From: Saprospiraceae bacterium
GTDB taxonomy: Bacteria; Bacteroidota; Bacteroidia; Chitinophagales; Saprospiraceae
DNA length: 64,000 nt
NCBI GenBank assembly: GCA_037969625.1
Contig: JBBKXT010000197.1
Location: 1,433 to 65,432, forward strand
Reading direction: 5' to 3'
Shown: piece after piece, positions 20,971-29,495 of the stretch
How positions within the stretch are numbered: the first letter of the stretch is position 1
How the letters are laid out: the number at the start of each line of letters is the position of its first letter
The notes under the pieces: model-generated
The model's database searches: none
What the model was told of the DNA's origin: nothing
The model's input: the letters and a program-made list of their open reading frames with translations, nothing else
Translations under genes and position numbers: made by a program

Positions 20971-21573
20971 CTAAAAGCTAACAAACAGCCCCATGCGCAT
21001 CGGGCTAACCGGATCGTCGTCGACGCGTGAACTGATATGGATGGAGAGATTCTCATCGACATCAAACCCTTTTAAATGGGCATTGACAAATGCATCTATC
21101 CCATTGGCTAGCCACACCAGCGAAAATCCTATGATCGATAATTGCATGTTGCTATTGGCTTCGTCGCGAAGTAATTTTAATCGACCGGAATCTGTGACCA
21201 AAGCATATTCACTGCAATGGTCGGGAAATATATAGGGTGTTCCATCAATACTTGCTTTGTAGGCATCACTTAAGCATCGGTATGTTTGGGTGTTAGTGAC
21301 CAATAAATACCCCATACCACCAACAGCGCCCCAAACAAAAGGTACGCGGAGATAACTTTTATTATAGATTTGTCCTGTGCCCGGGATGACCAAACTCATG
21401 ATCATCGCCTTGCCCGGTCTGCCACTGAAGATGGATCCCTTTTTTTCTTTAATGACAATGCTATCTGAAGCAGGACTTTCAATCACCATACTATCCACAG
21501 ATACTTGTCCGCAAAGGCTGAAGGAGCTAATGCAAAGAAGTATGCAGATGGTTAAAGTGGAAAGTACTTTCAT
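20971..21573 (-). CDS. DUF5683-like membrane protein, conserved partner downstream of parB in Bacteroidota
   Basis: 200 aa with a signal peptide and the motif VIPGTGQIYNKSY. Its position directly downstream of parB fits the family. Confidence 0.7.
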   Translation of the reverse strand: MKVLSTLTICILLCISSFSLCGQVSVDSMVIESPASDSIVIKEKKGSIFSGRPGKAMIMSLVIPGTGQIYNKSYLRVPFVWGAVGGMGYLLVTNTQTYRCLSDAYKASIDGTPYIFPDHCSEYALVTDSGRLKLLRDEANSNMQLSIIGFSLVWLANGIDAFVNAHLKGFDVDENLSIHISSRVDDDPVSPMRMGLFVSF

Positions 21574-21600
21574 GTATCAAATTAGCCTAATGCCGATGAT

Positions 21601-22533
21601 CTAGTCGTTTTCTTCCAGACCCTCCAACAATTCTAATAAATAATTGAGTTCCCGATCGGTTTTAAATGGGATACGTATTTCACCGCTTCCATTTTCTTTG
21701 TATTGCAGATCCACTTTTGTCCCAAGCAGTTCTTTCAATTGACGTTCAATCTGAAGGATGTCCGCAGATTTTTGAGAAGTTGGTTTTGATGCTCCTGCAG
21801 CTTTAGAATTGCTTTTTGAGTTCGGACCATCCTGATATTTGCTGATCAGTTTTTCAGTGTCTCGAACGCTCAGTCCTTTTGAAATGATATCGCCGAGTAC
21901 CATCAGCTGCGAGCTGATTTCTTCCAGTCCGGCGATTGCCTTGGCGTGTCCCATACTGATTTCTTCTGTTCGTAAGGCCTGTTGCACTTTGGGCGGAAGT
22001 TTTAATAACCGAAGATAATTGGTCACCGTACTCCTTTGTTTGCCTACGCGTTGGGATAGTTCTTCGTGGGTTAATGTGCATTCATCAATCAGGCGCTGCA
22101 AACTAAACGCCATTTCCATCGCATTGAGATCTGCCCGTTGTATGTTTTCTACAATGGCCATTTCCAGCATGCCTTGATCATCAGCCAGGCGGATATAAGC
22201 AGGTACCGTCGTAAGGCCGGCCATTTGTGAAGCGCGCCATCTTCGCTCTCCGGCGATTAATTGATATTGTCCTTCATGCAGCCTTCGCAAAGTGAGTGGC
22301 TGGATGATGCCATGTGTTTTTATGGATTGCGCTAATTCCTCAAGAGCCGTTTCATCAAAATCAGTTCGAGGTTGGTATGGATTTGTTTCGATGGCATCAA
22401 TGGGTACTTCAAGTGTGTCACGTGAAAGTTCCTGCAATTCTTGTCCGGTCGGTGCGGTGCCTCGTTCTTCAATATTGGATAGCAAGGCGCGAATACCTTT
22501 TCCTATTTGCATTTTATTTGTTTGCTTAGCCAT
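21601..22533 (-). CDS. parB: Chromosome partitioning protein ParB (Spo0J)
   Basis: 310 aa with the ParB box GERRWRA, an HTH region (TQEELSQRVGKQRSTVTNYLRLLKL) and NPYQPR. Confidence 0.95.
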   Translation of the reverse strand: MAKQTNKMQIGKGIRALLSNIEERGTAPTGQELQELSRDTLEVPIDAIETNPYQPRTDFDETALEELAQSIKTHGIIQPLTLRRLHEGQYQLIAGERRWRASQMAGLTTVPAYIRLADDQGMLEMAIVENIQRADLNAMEMAFSLQRLIDECTLTHEELSQRVGKQRSTVTNYLRLLKLPPKVQQALRTEEISMGHAKAIAGLEEISSQLMVLGDIISKGLSVRDTEKLISKYQDGPNSKSNSKAAGASKPTSQKSADILQIERQLKELLGTKVDLQYKENGSGEIRIPFKTDRELNYLLELLEGLEEND

Positions 22534-22634
22534 GCCTGTTAATTCTTGTATTGAGTTGTGCGTATTCTATTTGACGCACAATGATTGCTGTTTATTATGT
22601 TTGATTGAATGATTTATGCGATTCAGACGGTCTT

Positions 22635-23420
22635 CTAGACGGCGCCATCCACACTGTCATTGTTTCGCTTAAGAAACTCTAAGGCTAATTGCATAAAATT
22701 CAAACTGCCGGTACTGGTAGCATCATACATGATGACGGGTGCTTTCATGCTTGGTGATTCGCTGATTTTGCTGTTGCGATGGATGATCGTTTCAAAGAGT
22801 GGGTCAGTAAGATTTTGACGTACTTCTTCCAGAATCATATTGGCGAGTCTTAATCGACTGTCGTACATCGTCATGACGATTCCTTCAATTTCAAGTTTTG
22901 GATTCAGATGTTCTCTGACGAGTTCAATGGTGTTTTTCAATTTTTGAAGTCCTTCCAGTGCATATATCTCAGTTTGAATAGGGATCATGACGGAATTGGC
23001 AGCTGTCAAAGCATTGACGGCTAGTAGGCCGAGGGATGGCATACAGTCAATGAGAATGTAGTCATAGTCGTCCTTCACCTTCTCCAGAATGGTCCTTAAG
23101 GTAAACTCTCGTCGCATCCTTGAGACAAGCTCTAGTTCTGCACCTACCAGATCAATGTGAGAGGGTAGAATAAACAGATTGGGCGTTTGGGTTGGGATGA
23201 TAGCTTCAGTTGCGGAGATATTATTGATCATGCAATCATAGATCGTGGGCTGGCCGGGTGTTGTCTCAATACCCAGTCCAGAGGTACTATTGGCTTGTGG
23301 ATCAGCATCGACCAGTAGGATTTTCTTTTCAAGGATAGCGAGACAAGCACCCATGTTTATGGCTGTTGTTGTTTTGCCAACACCTCCCTTCTGATTTGCT
23401 ATCGCGACTATCTTTCCCAA
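22635..23420 (-). CDS. parA: Chromosome partitioning ATPase ParA (Soj)
   Basis: Deviant Walker A motif KIVAIANQKGGVGKTT. The track ORF extends to the ATG at 23495. The TTG at 23420 gives the canonical ParA N-terminus MGKIVAIANQKGG and a length of 261 aa, so I prefer it. The stop at 22635 is firm. Confidence 0.9.
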   Translation of the reverse strand: MGKIVAIANQKGGVGKTTTAINMGACLAILEKKILLVDADPQANSTSGLGIETTPGQPTIYDCMINNISATEAIIPTQTPNLFILPSHIDLVGAELELVSRMRREFTLRTILEKVKDDYDYILIDCMPSLGLLAVNALTAANSVMIPIQTEIYALEGLQKLKNTIELVREHLNPKLEIEGIVMTMYDSRLRLANMILEEVRQNLTDPLFETIIHRNSKISESPSMKAPVIMYDATSTGSLNFMQLALEFLKRNNDSVDGAV

Positions 23421-23580
23421 AATGACTATAATTGTTAAGAATCCTTGTTTGTACCCGGCTTCCGGACTTTCTGAAATGGCCCAGAGGCACATCATTTGAA
23501 TGTTCGGGGGGCAAAAATACAGCTATTGGCAGAACATTTGCTGTATTCACCATGTATTAAGACCGATTAATCTCAACTGA

Positions 23581-24123
23581 ATGATAACAGTCATCCTAGC
23601 AACTAACAGGCCGGACAGCAATTCGGAATTTGTTTCCCAGCATATTGATCAATGGCTAAAGGAGCAATACGATGGGCCTATAGGTTATATCAGTATGGCA
23701 GATTTGCCCCCTGAGATACTTGCGGGACACGTATATGAGACAGAAAATATTCCTGAAAATTTGAAAACCATGCAGGAACAGCTGATGATACCTGCTGAAA
23801 AGTTTATTTGGATACTGCCGGAGTACAATGGCAGCTTCCCCGGTGTGTTGAAGCTCTTTATAGATACGATATCTGCACGGAAGAGAGATGCCACCTTTAA
23901 ATTCAAAAAGTCCATGCTGATAGGGATTGCCACCGGAAGATCAGGTAATATCCGTGGGCTGGATCACTTCTCCGGGATCCTTATGCACTTGAAATCTATT
24001 GTTTTCCCGCGACTGCTTCCTGTCAGTAGGGTCGATGAACTTATGGATGACAACGGTAAAATAAATCATGGCCCAACACTAAAGACCCTTGATGAGCATT
24101 TGAAGGGGTTTGTCGAATTCTAG
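23581..24123 (+). CDS. NAD(P)H-dependent FMN reductase family oxidoreductase
   Basis: 180 aa with MITVILATNRPDSNS and the PEYNGSFPGVLKLFID motif of the FMN_red family. Confidence 0.8.
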   Translation: MITVILATNRPDSNSEFVSQHIDQWLKEQYDGPIGYISMADLPPEILAGHVYETENIPENLKTMQEQLMIPAEKFIWILPEYNGSFPGVLKLFIDTISARKRDATFKFKKSMLIGIATGRSGNIRGLDHFSGILMHLKSIVFPRLLPVSRVDELMDDNGKINHGPTLKTLDEHLKGFVEF

Positions 24124-24399
24124 GCAAGGCGCAAAAGGGTGCAGATTGCCTTGATGTGTTACTTTATTTAGAATACATTAAAATGCTGAATACTTGTATG
24201 TTGTGTGTTTGCATCAATTTTTCATAAGCTGCATATAAACGTACTAGGGTAACCTTGGGTTTGTTTAAAACATTGATTTTTTTGATAAACCATTAGCACA
24301 TCGCCATTAATCTGCCGTTATTTGCATCCAAATTGAATTCCGTTGGAATCAAAACCAGTTTATATTCCTTTTAAACACTACTTAAACAACCAATATCAG

Positions 24400-24831
24400 A
24401 TGCGTAAAACAATATTTTTCTTAGGACTAATGCTTTTAGTTGCCACATCATGGACAGCCTGTAAGGATACTGCAGCCGTTCAAGAAGAGACCGTTACAGA
24501 AACGGGCATGGACTCTATTTTCTTAGCTAAACGAGCGGATGCGGTACATAACATGAATGCATATGCTCAGGCGATATATCTCAAGATTCAGGAACTGGAG
24601 AATGAATTGACTTCCGCTAGCGATGCCACAAAAGCAGGAATTACTGCAGAACTAGAAAAATGCAAGAATATTCAAAGCAGAGTAGAGGATGTTCGCCGCT
24701 CAGTTTCAGCAGCAACCCCGGAAGTTTGGGAAAAGGTTAAAGGAGATTTTGATGACATTCACTATGATGTACGAATGGCCATTTCTAAGACACCGGTTTC
24801 AAAAGAGAATGCTAATAAGATTTCTAATTAG
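24400..24831 (+). CDS. Hypothetical lipoprotein, predicted helical
   Basis: The track ORF starts at 24343. The ATG at 24400 gives MRKTIFFLGLMLLVATSWTAC, a lipoprotein signal. No family is recognised. Confidence 0.6.
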   Translation: MRKTIFFLGLMLLVATSWTACKDTAAVQEETVTETGMDSIFLAKRADAVHNMNAYAQAIYLKIQELENELTSASDATKAGITAELEKCKNIQSRVEDVRRSVSAATPEVWEKVKGDFDDIHYDVRMAISKTPVSKENANKISN

Positions 24832-25225
24832 AAACTTATCAGGAAAATTTCTTTGATGTACTGCCTGTTTCTACCCTGATGCAGGACACTTTGGTATGGG
24901 CATGATGTTGTTCGTTTGATAGAATGATTTGTGTACAATTTGTGCTGCGTTATTTAAAAGGTAAGGTTTTGCACCAGACAATAAGTATAATTTGTTGATT
25001 TTGAGTTGTTTGAAAGGCTTACCTAATTCGATGCTTTACTTGTATTTATGGCCAGATGAATAGCCTGCGAACCCTTATAAGGCGTTAATACAACCTTCCA
25101 AACTACCTGATATAAAGGTTTTTAAAATTGGCAAAGGTTTTGTAACCATACCTATACAAGTCAGTTCCTTTTAGATAATTTAATGATTTTTGCATCGAGT
25201 AGCTATAGTCTGACAATCAAATCGT

Positions 25226-25233
25226 TATATTTG
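25226..25233 (+). promoter_or_regulatory. Bacteroidota-type -7 promoter box (TATATTTG)
   Basis: Exact TAnnTTTG match 32 nt upstream of the ATG at 25266. Confidence 0.45.
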
Positions 25234-25265
25234 TCCCCCTCGAACTGTTTAGTAATGATCAATTT

Positions 25266-25655
25266 ATGGAAGTTTTGTCGCGCCCTATGAGTAAAGATGC
25301 AGAAGTAATTAAAAAAGTATTGGATACTTGGGTTTCCCGCAATGGATACTCAGAAGTTCAGGCTAATATTGAGGGTTATGACACTCCCTCAGGCTTGAGC
25401 AACATGGAAAATGAGGATACACTCATTCCTGATATCGTGGCCATGAAGCGCAACGGGAAATGGTATATAGAGGTAGTCCGTAAAGATGGTGACGCAGAAA
25501 GAACCGTCAGCAAATGGAAATTATTGAGCATTCTGGGCAAGTTGAAAGGCGGAGGACTCATTTTAATCGCTCCTTCAGGAAACTTTGCTTTCGCAGATCG
25601 CCTGACCAAAAAGCATGATATTCACGTTAAGATCATTAAGTTTTCAGCTTCCTGA
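25266..25655 (+). CDS. Hypothetical small protein with a PD-(D/E)xK-nuclease-like signature
   Basis: 129 aa. An N-terminal helix is followed by IPDIVAMKRNGKWYIEVVRK. This has a PD motif and then hydrophobic-E-x-x-x-K spacing, close to but not identical with the canonical PD...ExK. The gene has its own promoter box and terminator. Confidence 0.55.
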   Translation: MEVLSRPMSKDAEVIKKVLDTWVSRNGYSEVQANIEGYDTPSGLSNMENEDTLIPDIVAMKRNGKWYIEVVRKDGDAERTVSKWKLLSILGKLKGGGLILIAPSGNFAFADRLTKKHDIHVKIIKFSAS

Positions 25656-25675
25656 TCCGAAACATAGCTAAAAAT

Positions 25676-25711
25676 GAAAAAGGGCTAAATCATATGATTT
25701 AGCCCTTTTTT
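25676..25711. terminator. Bidirectional rho-independent terminator
   Basis: Perfect 12-bp stem agggctaaatca/tgatttagccct, flanked by an A-run upstream and a T-run downstream. It sits between convergent genes. Confidence 0.85.
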
Positions 25712-25728
25712 ATTTGAGATTATCTTGA

Positions 25729-26850
25729 TTATAACGCTTTTAATAAAGCTTCTTCCAAGTTATTTCGAGGATTCACGGCTGCGACATTACCCTCTCGATC
25801 AATCAAAAAGGTCCTTGGAATACTTGATACGCCATATTGCTTGGCAGCTTTTGTATCCCATTTGGTCAGGTCACTTACATGGTAAGGCCATACAAGTTGA
25901 TCTTTCGCTATTGCCTGCACCCATCTGTCCTTAGATTGCTCAATTCCTTGTGCGTACTGCTCCTCACTTGGATATCTTGCTTTTGTTCGCTCATCAATAC
26001 CATCCAAGGAAACACTAAATACAGTAAATCCTTTTTCCTTGTACTTATGATAGATTTCAACGACATGTGGATTTGCTTTGCGGCATGGACCACACCAGGA
26101 AGCCCAGAAATCAATGAGCACCACCTTTCCTTTTAGGTCAGATAGTGAGTATGTTTTGCCGTCAGGACTTTTTAATGAAATCTCCGGCGCCGGCATACCC
26201 ACCTGTATGGGTCCTCCGGATGCCACAGGCTGACTCGCAGTTTTCTCTAAACTTTCTGCGAATGTGGCATAGCCTGCGGTATATTCATGATCAGGGTATT
26301 TAGCGGTGAGCGCGGCAGCTGCTTTTTTGTGAACAGCGAAAAACTCTGGTCGATTGCCAAATGCATTGATCGCCATTTGCATTCCACACATAGGATAGGA
26401 TGTGTTGCTGATGTAATCCTGCACATCAGTGGCAGTGATCGTTCCGGTGGATAATAAATTCATTGTTTCCATAAATTCTGACGCACTTTCAGATCCGATG
26501 ATCGCGATGTCGGACGTTTTCATTCCTTCAAGTGTGCCTTTTATAGAGATATTGGGGGATGGATCTTCTACAATGAGGAATATTTTGCCGGATCCAATGC
26601 GCAGACGGTAGATCGCTGGGGTGATGGTTTCATCAAGATTGATCGTAAAGTTGCCACTGGCATCAGCGTTAGTCTGCCCAAGAACAGTCGTACTGCTGTT
26701 AGGGCCCATTCGGTCAAAATAAACCTGCATGTTGGTGGCATCTGAGATCGTTCCGGTGACATTTGTGCCTTTGGAAGAGATTGCACCACAAGAAGCGATC
26801 GTAATGATGGTCAGTATAAAAAGACCAAGCGTAATATTTTTCATGTTCAT
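25729..26850 (-). CDS. TlpA/ResA-like thiol-disulfide oxidoreductase lipoprotein with an N-terminal accessory domain
   Basis: 373 aa with a lipoprotein signal (ITIASC). The C-terminal thioredoxin fold carries WASWCGPC. Confidence 0.85.
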   Translation of the reverse strand: MNMKNITLGLFILTIITIASCGAISSKGTNVTGTISDATNMQVYFDRMGPNSSTTVLGQTNADASGNFTINLDETITPAIYRLRIGSGKIFLIVEDPSPNISIKGTLEGMKTSDIAIIGSESASEFMETMNLLSTGTITATDVQDYISNTSYPMCGMQMAINAFGNRPEFFAVHKKAAAALTAKYPDHEYTAGYATFAESLEKTASQPVASGGPIQVGMPAPEISLKSPDGKTYSLSDLKGKVVLIDFWASWCGPCRKANPHVVEIYHKYKEKGFTVFSVSLDGIDERTKARYPSEEQYAQGIEQSKDRWVQAIAKDQLVWPYHVSDLTKWDTKAAKQYGVSSIPRTFLIDREGNVAAVNPRNNLEEALLKAL

Positions 26851-26863
26851 AACTTAGTTTGCT

Positions 26864-29098
26864 TTATTCTTTTTCAAGGATGATCGACAAGGCATTATGA
26901 TAGAGTGTATGCCAGGAAGAGACACTACCGAAATCAACACCATCTATGTGAGCAGTTTGCCCGCCTACACTGCCTAAACGCATAAACGGAGTGCCTTGTT
27001 CAGTGAGAATCGCCTCTAAGCTTGTTAAATTTTCGTTATTCACAGAGATAACAATTCGGGATTGCTTCTCGCTGAATAAGTAAATATCCTTTTTAACATT
27101 TGGAGGTAAGGTAATGTCAAACCCAAGAGAACCGGCCATCGCACTTTCCATCAGGCTAACAAATAGCCCACCTTCAGAAATATCATGTGCACTCGAAATC
27201 AGCGATTTTAGGATCAGTTGAGTGATGACCTCATGGATTTTGTTTTCATCTTCGATATCAAACTCAGGACAAGGCGTTAGTTTTTGTTCTAATATTTCAC
27301 GAACGTAAAGTGATCCATCTATGTTTGTCGGGGCACTACCGATCATGATGATGTGATCACCGGAAGATTTAAATGATAGGGTAGTCGCATGTGTTTTTTT
27401 CTCTACCAATCCTACCATACCAATCGTTGGCGTAGGGAAGACTGGTTCTGTTCGATCTTTGATGACGGATTGATTATAAAAACTCACATTCCCACCGGTC
27501 ACCGGCGTATTATATTTCCGACAGGCCTCACCCATCCCTTTGATGGCATTGACAAATTGATAGTAAACTTCAGGATTATAAGGATTTCCGAAATTCAAAC
27601 AATTGGTGACACCAAGCGGGATTCCTCCGGAGCAACGAATGTTACGCGCTGCTTCCGAAACGGCGATCATAGCGCCTTTGTACGGATCTGCATGCACATA
27701 GGCACTGTTGCAATCGACAGTCACCGCGAGTGATTTCTCAGAATCTTTCAAACGAATGATAGTGGCATCTGATGGATCATTTGTATTTGTATTGCCGGTG
27801 CGTACCGTGTGGTCATATTGTTCGTAGACCCATCTTTTGGAAGCGATATTTGGCGATACGATGATTTCCTTTGCGATGGAAACCAGTTCATAGTCGGTGC
27901 CTTGTGGAGGATCAAATGATTTGATCTGATCCATGTATTTAGGTTTGGTAAATTCTCTGTCATAAACAGGTGCGCCACCTCCCAATACAAGCGGATTCGC
28001 CGGTACATCAGCCACTAATTCACCATGCTGATAAAATTCAATTCTTCCGGTATCTGTTACCTCGCCAATTTCTTCGCATTCCAAATCCCATTTGTCAAAG
28101 ATGTTTTGTATTTCTTTCTCTCTTCCTTTTTTGACGACGACCAACATTCTTTCCTGACTTTCAGAAAGAAGAATTTCCCAGGCGTGCATGTTTTTCTGAC
28201 GGGTCGGTACCAAGTCGAGATTGATGGTCATGCCTGTTCCTGACTTGGCACTCATCTCAGAAGTAGAGCAGGTGATACCGGCGGCACCCATATCCTGCAT
28301 ACCTACAACGGCACCGGTGGTGATGATCTCCAGACTGGCTTCTAACAATAGTTTTTCCTGAAAGGGATCACCCACTTGTACAGCAGGTAAGTCCTCTGCA
28401 GAATCTTCTGTTAGATCTGCTGAGGCGAAGGTGGCTCCATGGATTCCATCTCTTCCTGTCGCAGATCCAACGATAAACACAGGATTTCCCGGTCCGTCGG
28501 CACAGGCTGATATCGTTTCACCCACTTTGACAATACCTACTGACATGGCATTGACAAGAATATTTTGTTGGTAACTTGGGTCGAAATAAACTTCGCCGCC
28601 TACCGTTGGTACACCCAGGCAATTGCCGTAATCACCGATTCCGCTGACGACCCCTTTGATCAGGTGGCGCATATGCGGATGATGTGGATCACCAAATCGC
28701 AATGAATTCAGTGCGGCAATGGGTCGTGCGCCCATCGTGAATATATCTCGGTGGATGCCTCCAACACCTGTAGCGGCTCCCTGATAGGGTTCCAACGCAG
28801 ATGGGTGATTATGCGATTCTATTTTGAAAGCGCATGCTTCTCCGTCGCCGATATCCATCAATCCTGCATTCTCTTCCCCGGCGGCAACCAACAAGCGGCC
28901 TCCTTCACGTGGAAGGGTTTTAAGGTATTTAATGGAATTCTTGTAGGAGCAGTGTTCACTCCACATCACTGAGAAGATGCTGACTTCCGTAAAATTTGGG
29001 ACTCGGCCCATAATCTTACAGATTTCATCAAATTCATCTTTTGTCAATCCTAGTTTGGCCGCAACTTCAAAGTCAACAGCTTGGTCAGTTTCCTGCAT
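26864..29098 (-). CDS. purL: Phosphoribosylformylglycinamidine synthase subunit PurL
   Basis: 744 aa with typical PurL II sequence (SEHCSYKNS, ESHNHPSA, duplicated AIR-synthase-like domains). Confidence 0.95.
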   Translation of the reverse strand: MQETDQAVDFEVAAKLGLTKDEFDEICKIMGRVPNFTEVSIFSVMWSEHCSYKNSIKYLKTLPREGGRLLVAAGEENAGLMDIGDGEACAFKIESHNHPSALEPYQGAATGVGGIHRDIFTMGARPIAALNSLRFGDPHHPHMRHLIKGVVSGIGDYGNCLGVPTVGGEVYFDPSYQQNILVNAMSVGIVKVGETISACADGPGNPVFIVGSATGRDGIHGATFASADLTEDSAEDLPAVQVGDPFQEKLLLEASLEIITTGAVVGMQDMGAAGITCSTSEMSAKSGTGMTINLDLVPTRQKNMHAWEILLSESQERMLVVVKKGREKEIQNIFDKWDLECEEIGEVTDTGRIEFYQHGELVADVPANPLVLGGGAPVYDREFTKPKYMDQIKSFDPPQGTDYELVSIAKEIIVSPNIASKRWVYEQYDHTVRTGNTNTNDPSDATIIRLKDSEKSLAVTVDCNSAYVHADPYKGAMIAVSEAARNIRCSGGIPLGVTNCLNFGNPYNPEVYYQFVNAIKGMGEACRKYNTPVTGGNVSFYNQSVIKDRTEPVFPTPTIGMVGLVEKKTHATTLSFKSSGDHIIMIGSAPTNIDGSLYVREILEQKLTPCPEFDIEDENKIHEVITQLILKSLISSAHDISEGGLFVSLMESAMAGSLGFDITLPPNVKKDIYLFSEKQSRIVISVNNENLTSLEAILTEQGTPFMRLGSVGGQTAHIDGVDFGSVSSWHTLYHNALSIILEKE

Positions 29099-29116
29099 AT
29101 CAATTCATATAAGCCG

Positions 29117-29124
29117 CAAAAGTA
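29117..29124 (-). promoter_or_regulatory. Bacteroidota-type -7 promoter box for purL (TACTTTTG on the minus strand)
   Basis: The plus-strand caaaagta is the reverse complement of TAnnTTTG. It lies 18 nt upstream of the purL ATG at 29098. Confidence 0.4.
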
Positions 29125-29386
29125 ATATAAGTTGGTGAGATCCAAAGAAAAGGCATAAAGAACCTCCATCGTTGAAGCTATGGAGAAAGACATCCCGATA
29201 CATCGAAAGGCGCAAGAAACTGAAACTTATGCGATTCTGTCAAAGTTTAAAGAGCAACGCTGCCAGTGTGTTACCATCGCTCCATATAAGCGACCAGGCA
29301 AGAGAGCCCCACATCTGGTTTCTATCAGAAGTTTCATTAGACAATGAGTTTAGGGAGTTTAGTATAAGAACCTGTTAGGTCCTTAA

Positions 29387-29468
29387 GTTTAGAAAGTTTA
29401 GTTCACGTTCTCTTTTCAAGAGAACAAATCTTTAAAACAGCAAGATCAAAAAACTAAACTTTCTAAAC
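29387..29468. repeat. Perfect 17-bp inverted repeat enclosing a perfect 8-bp hairpin
   Basis: gtttagaaagtttagtt (29387-29403) pairs with aactaaactttctaaac (29452-29468). The inner hairpin is gttctctt-ttc-aagagaac (29407-29425). The word GTTTAG also occurs at 29348 and 29357. Confidence 0.8.
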
Positions 29469-29495
29469 ACTCTTCAACGGCTCACCGATTTTCGT

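Noticed and set aside
20747-20974. 75-aa ORF inside the inverted-repeat-bounded element.
   Set aside because: It runs straight through the GC-rich hairpins and the right-hand inverted repeat, and it overlaps the 3' end of the DUF5683 gene. I see no plausible promoter box. The product has no recognisable features, so the region is better explained as structured non-coding DNA.
29172-29378. 68-aa basic ORF (TTG start) in the purL upstream spacer.
   Set aside because: It has a non-ATG start, no promoter box and lies opposite to both flanking genes. Its composition is typical of random AT-rich translation, so there is no support for coding.
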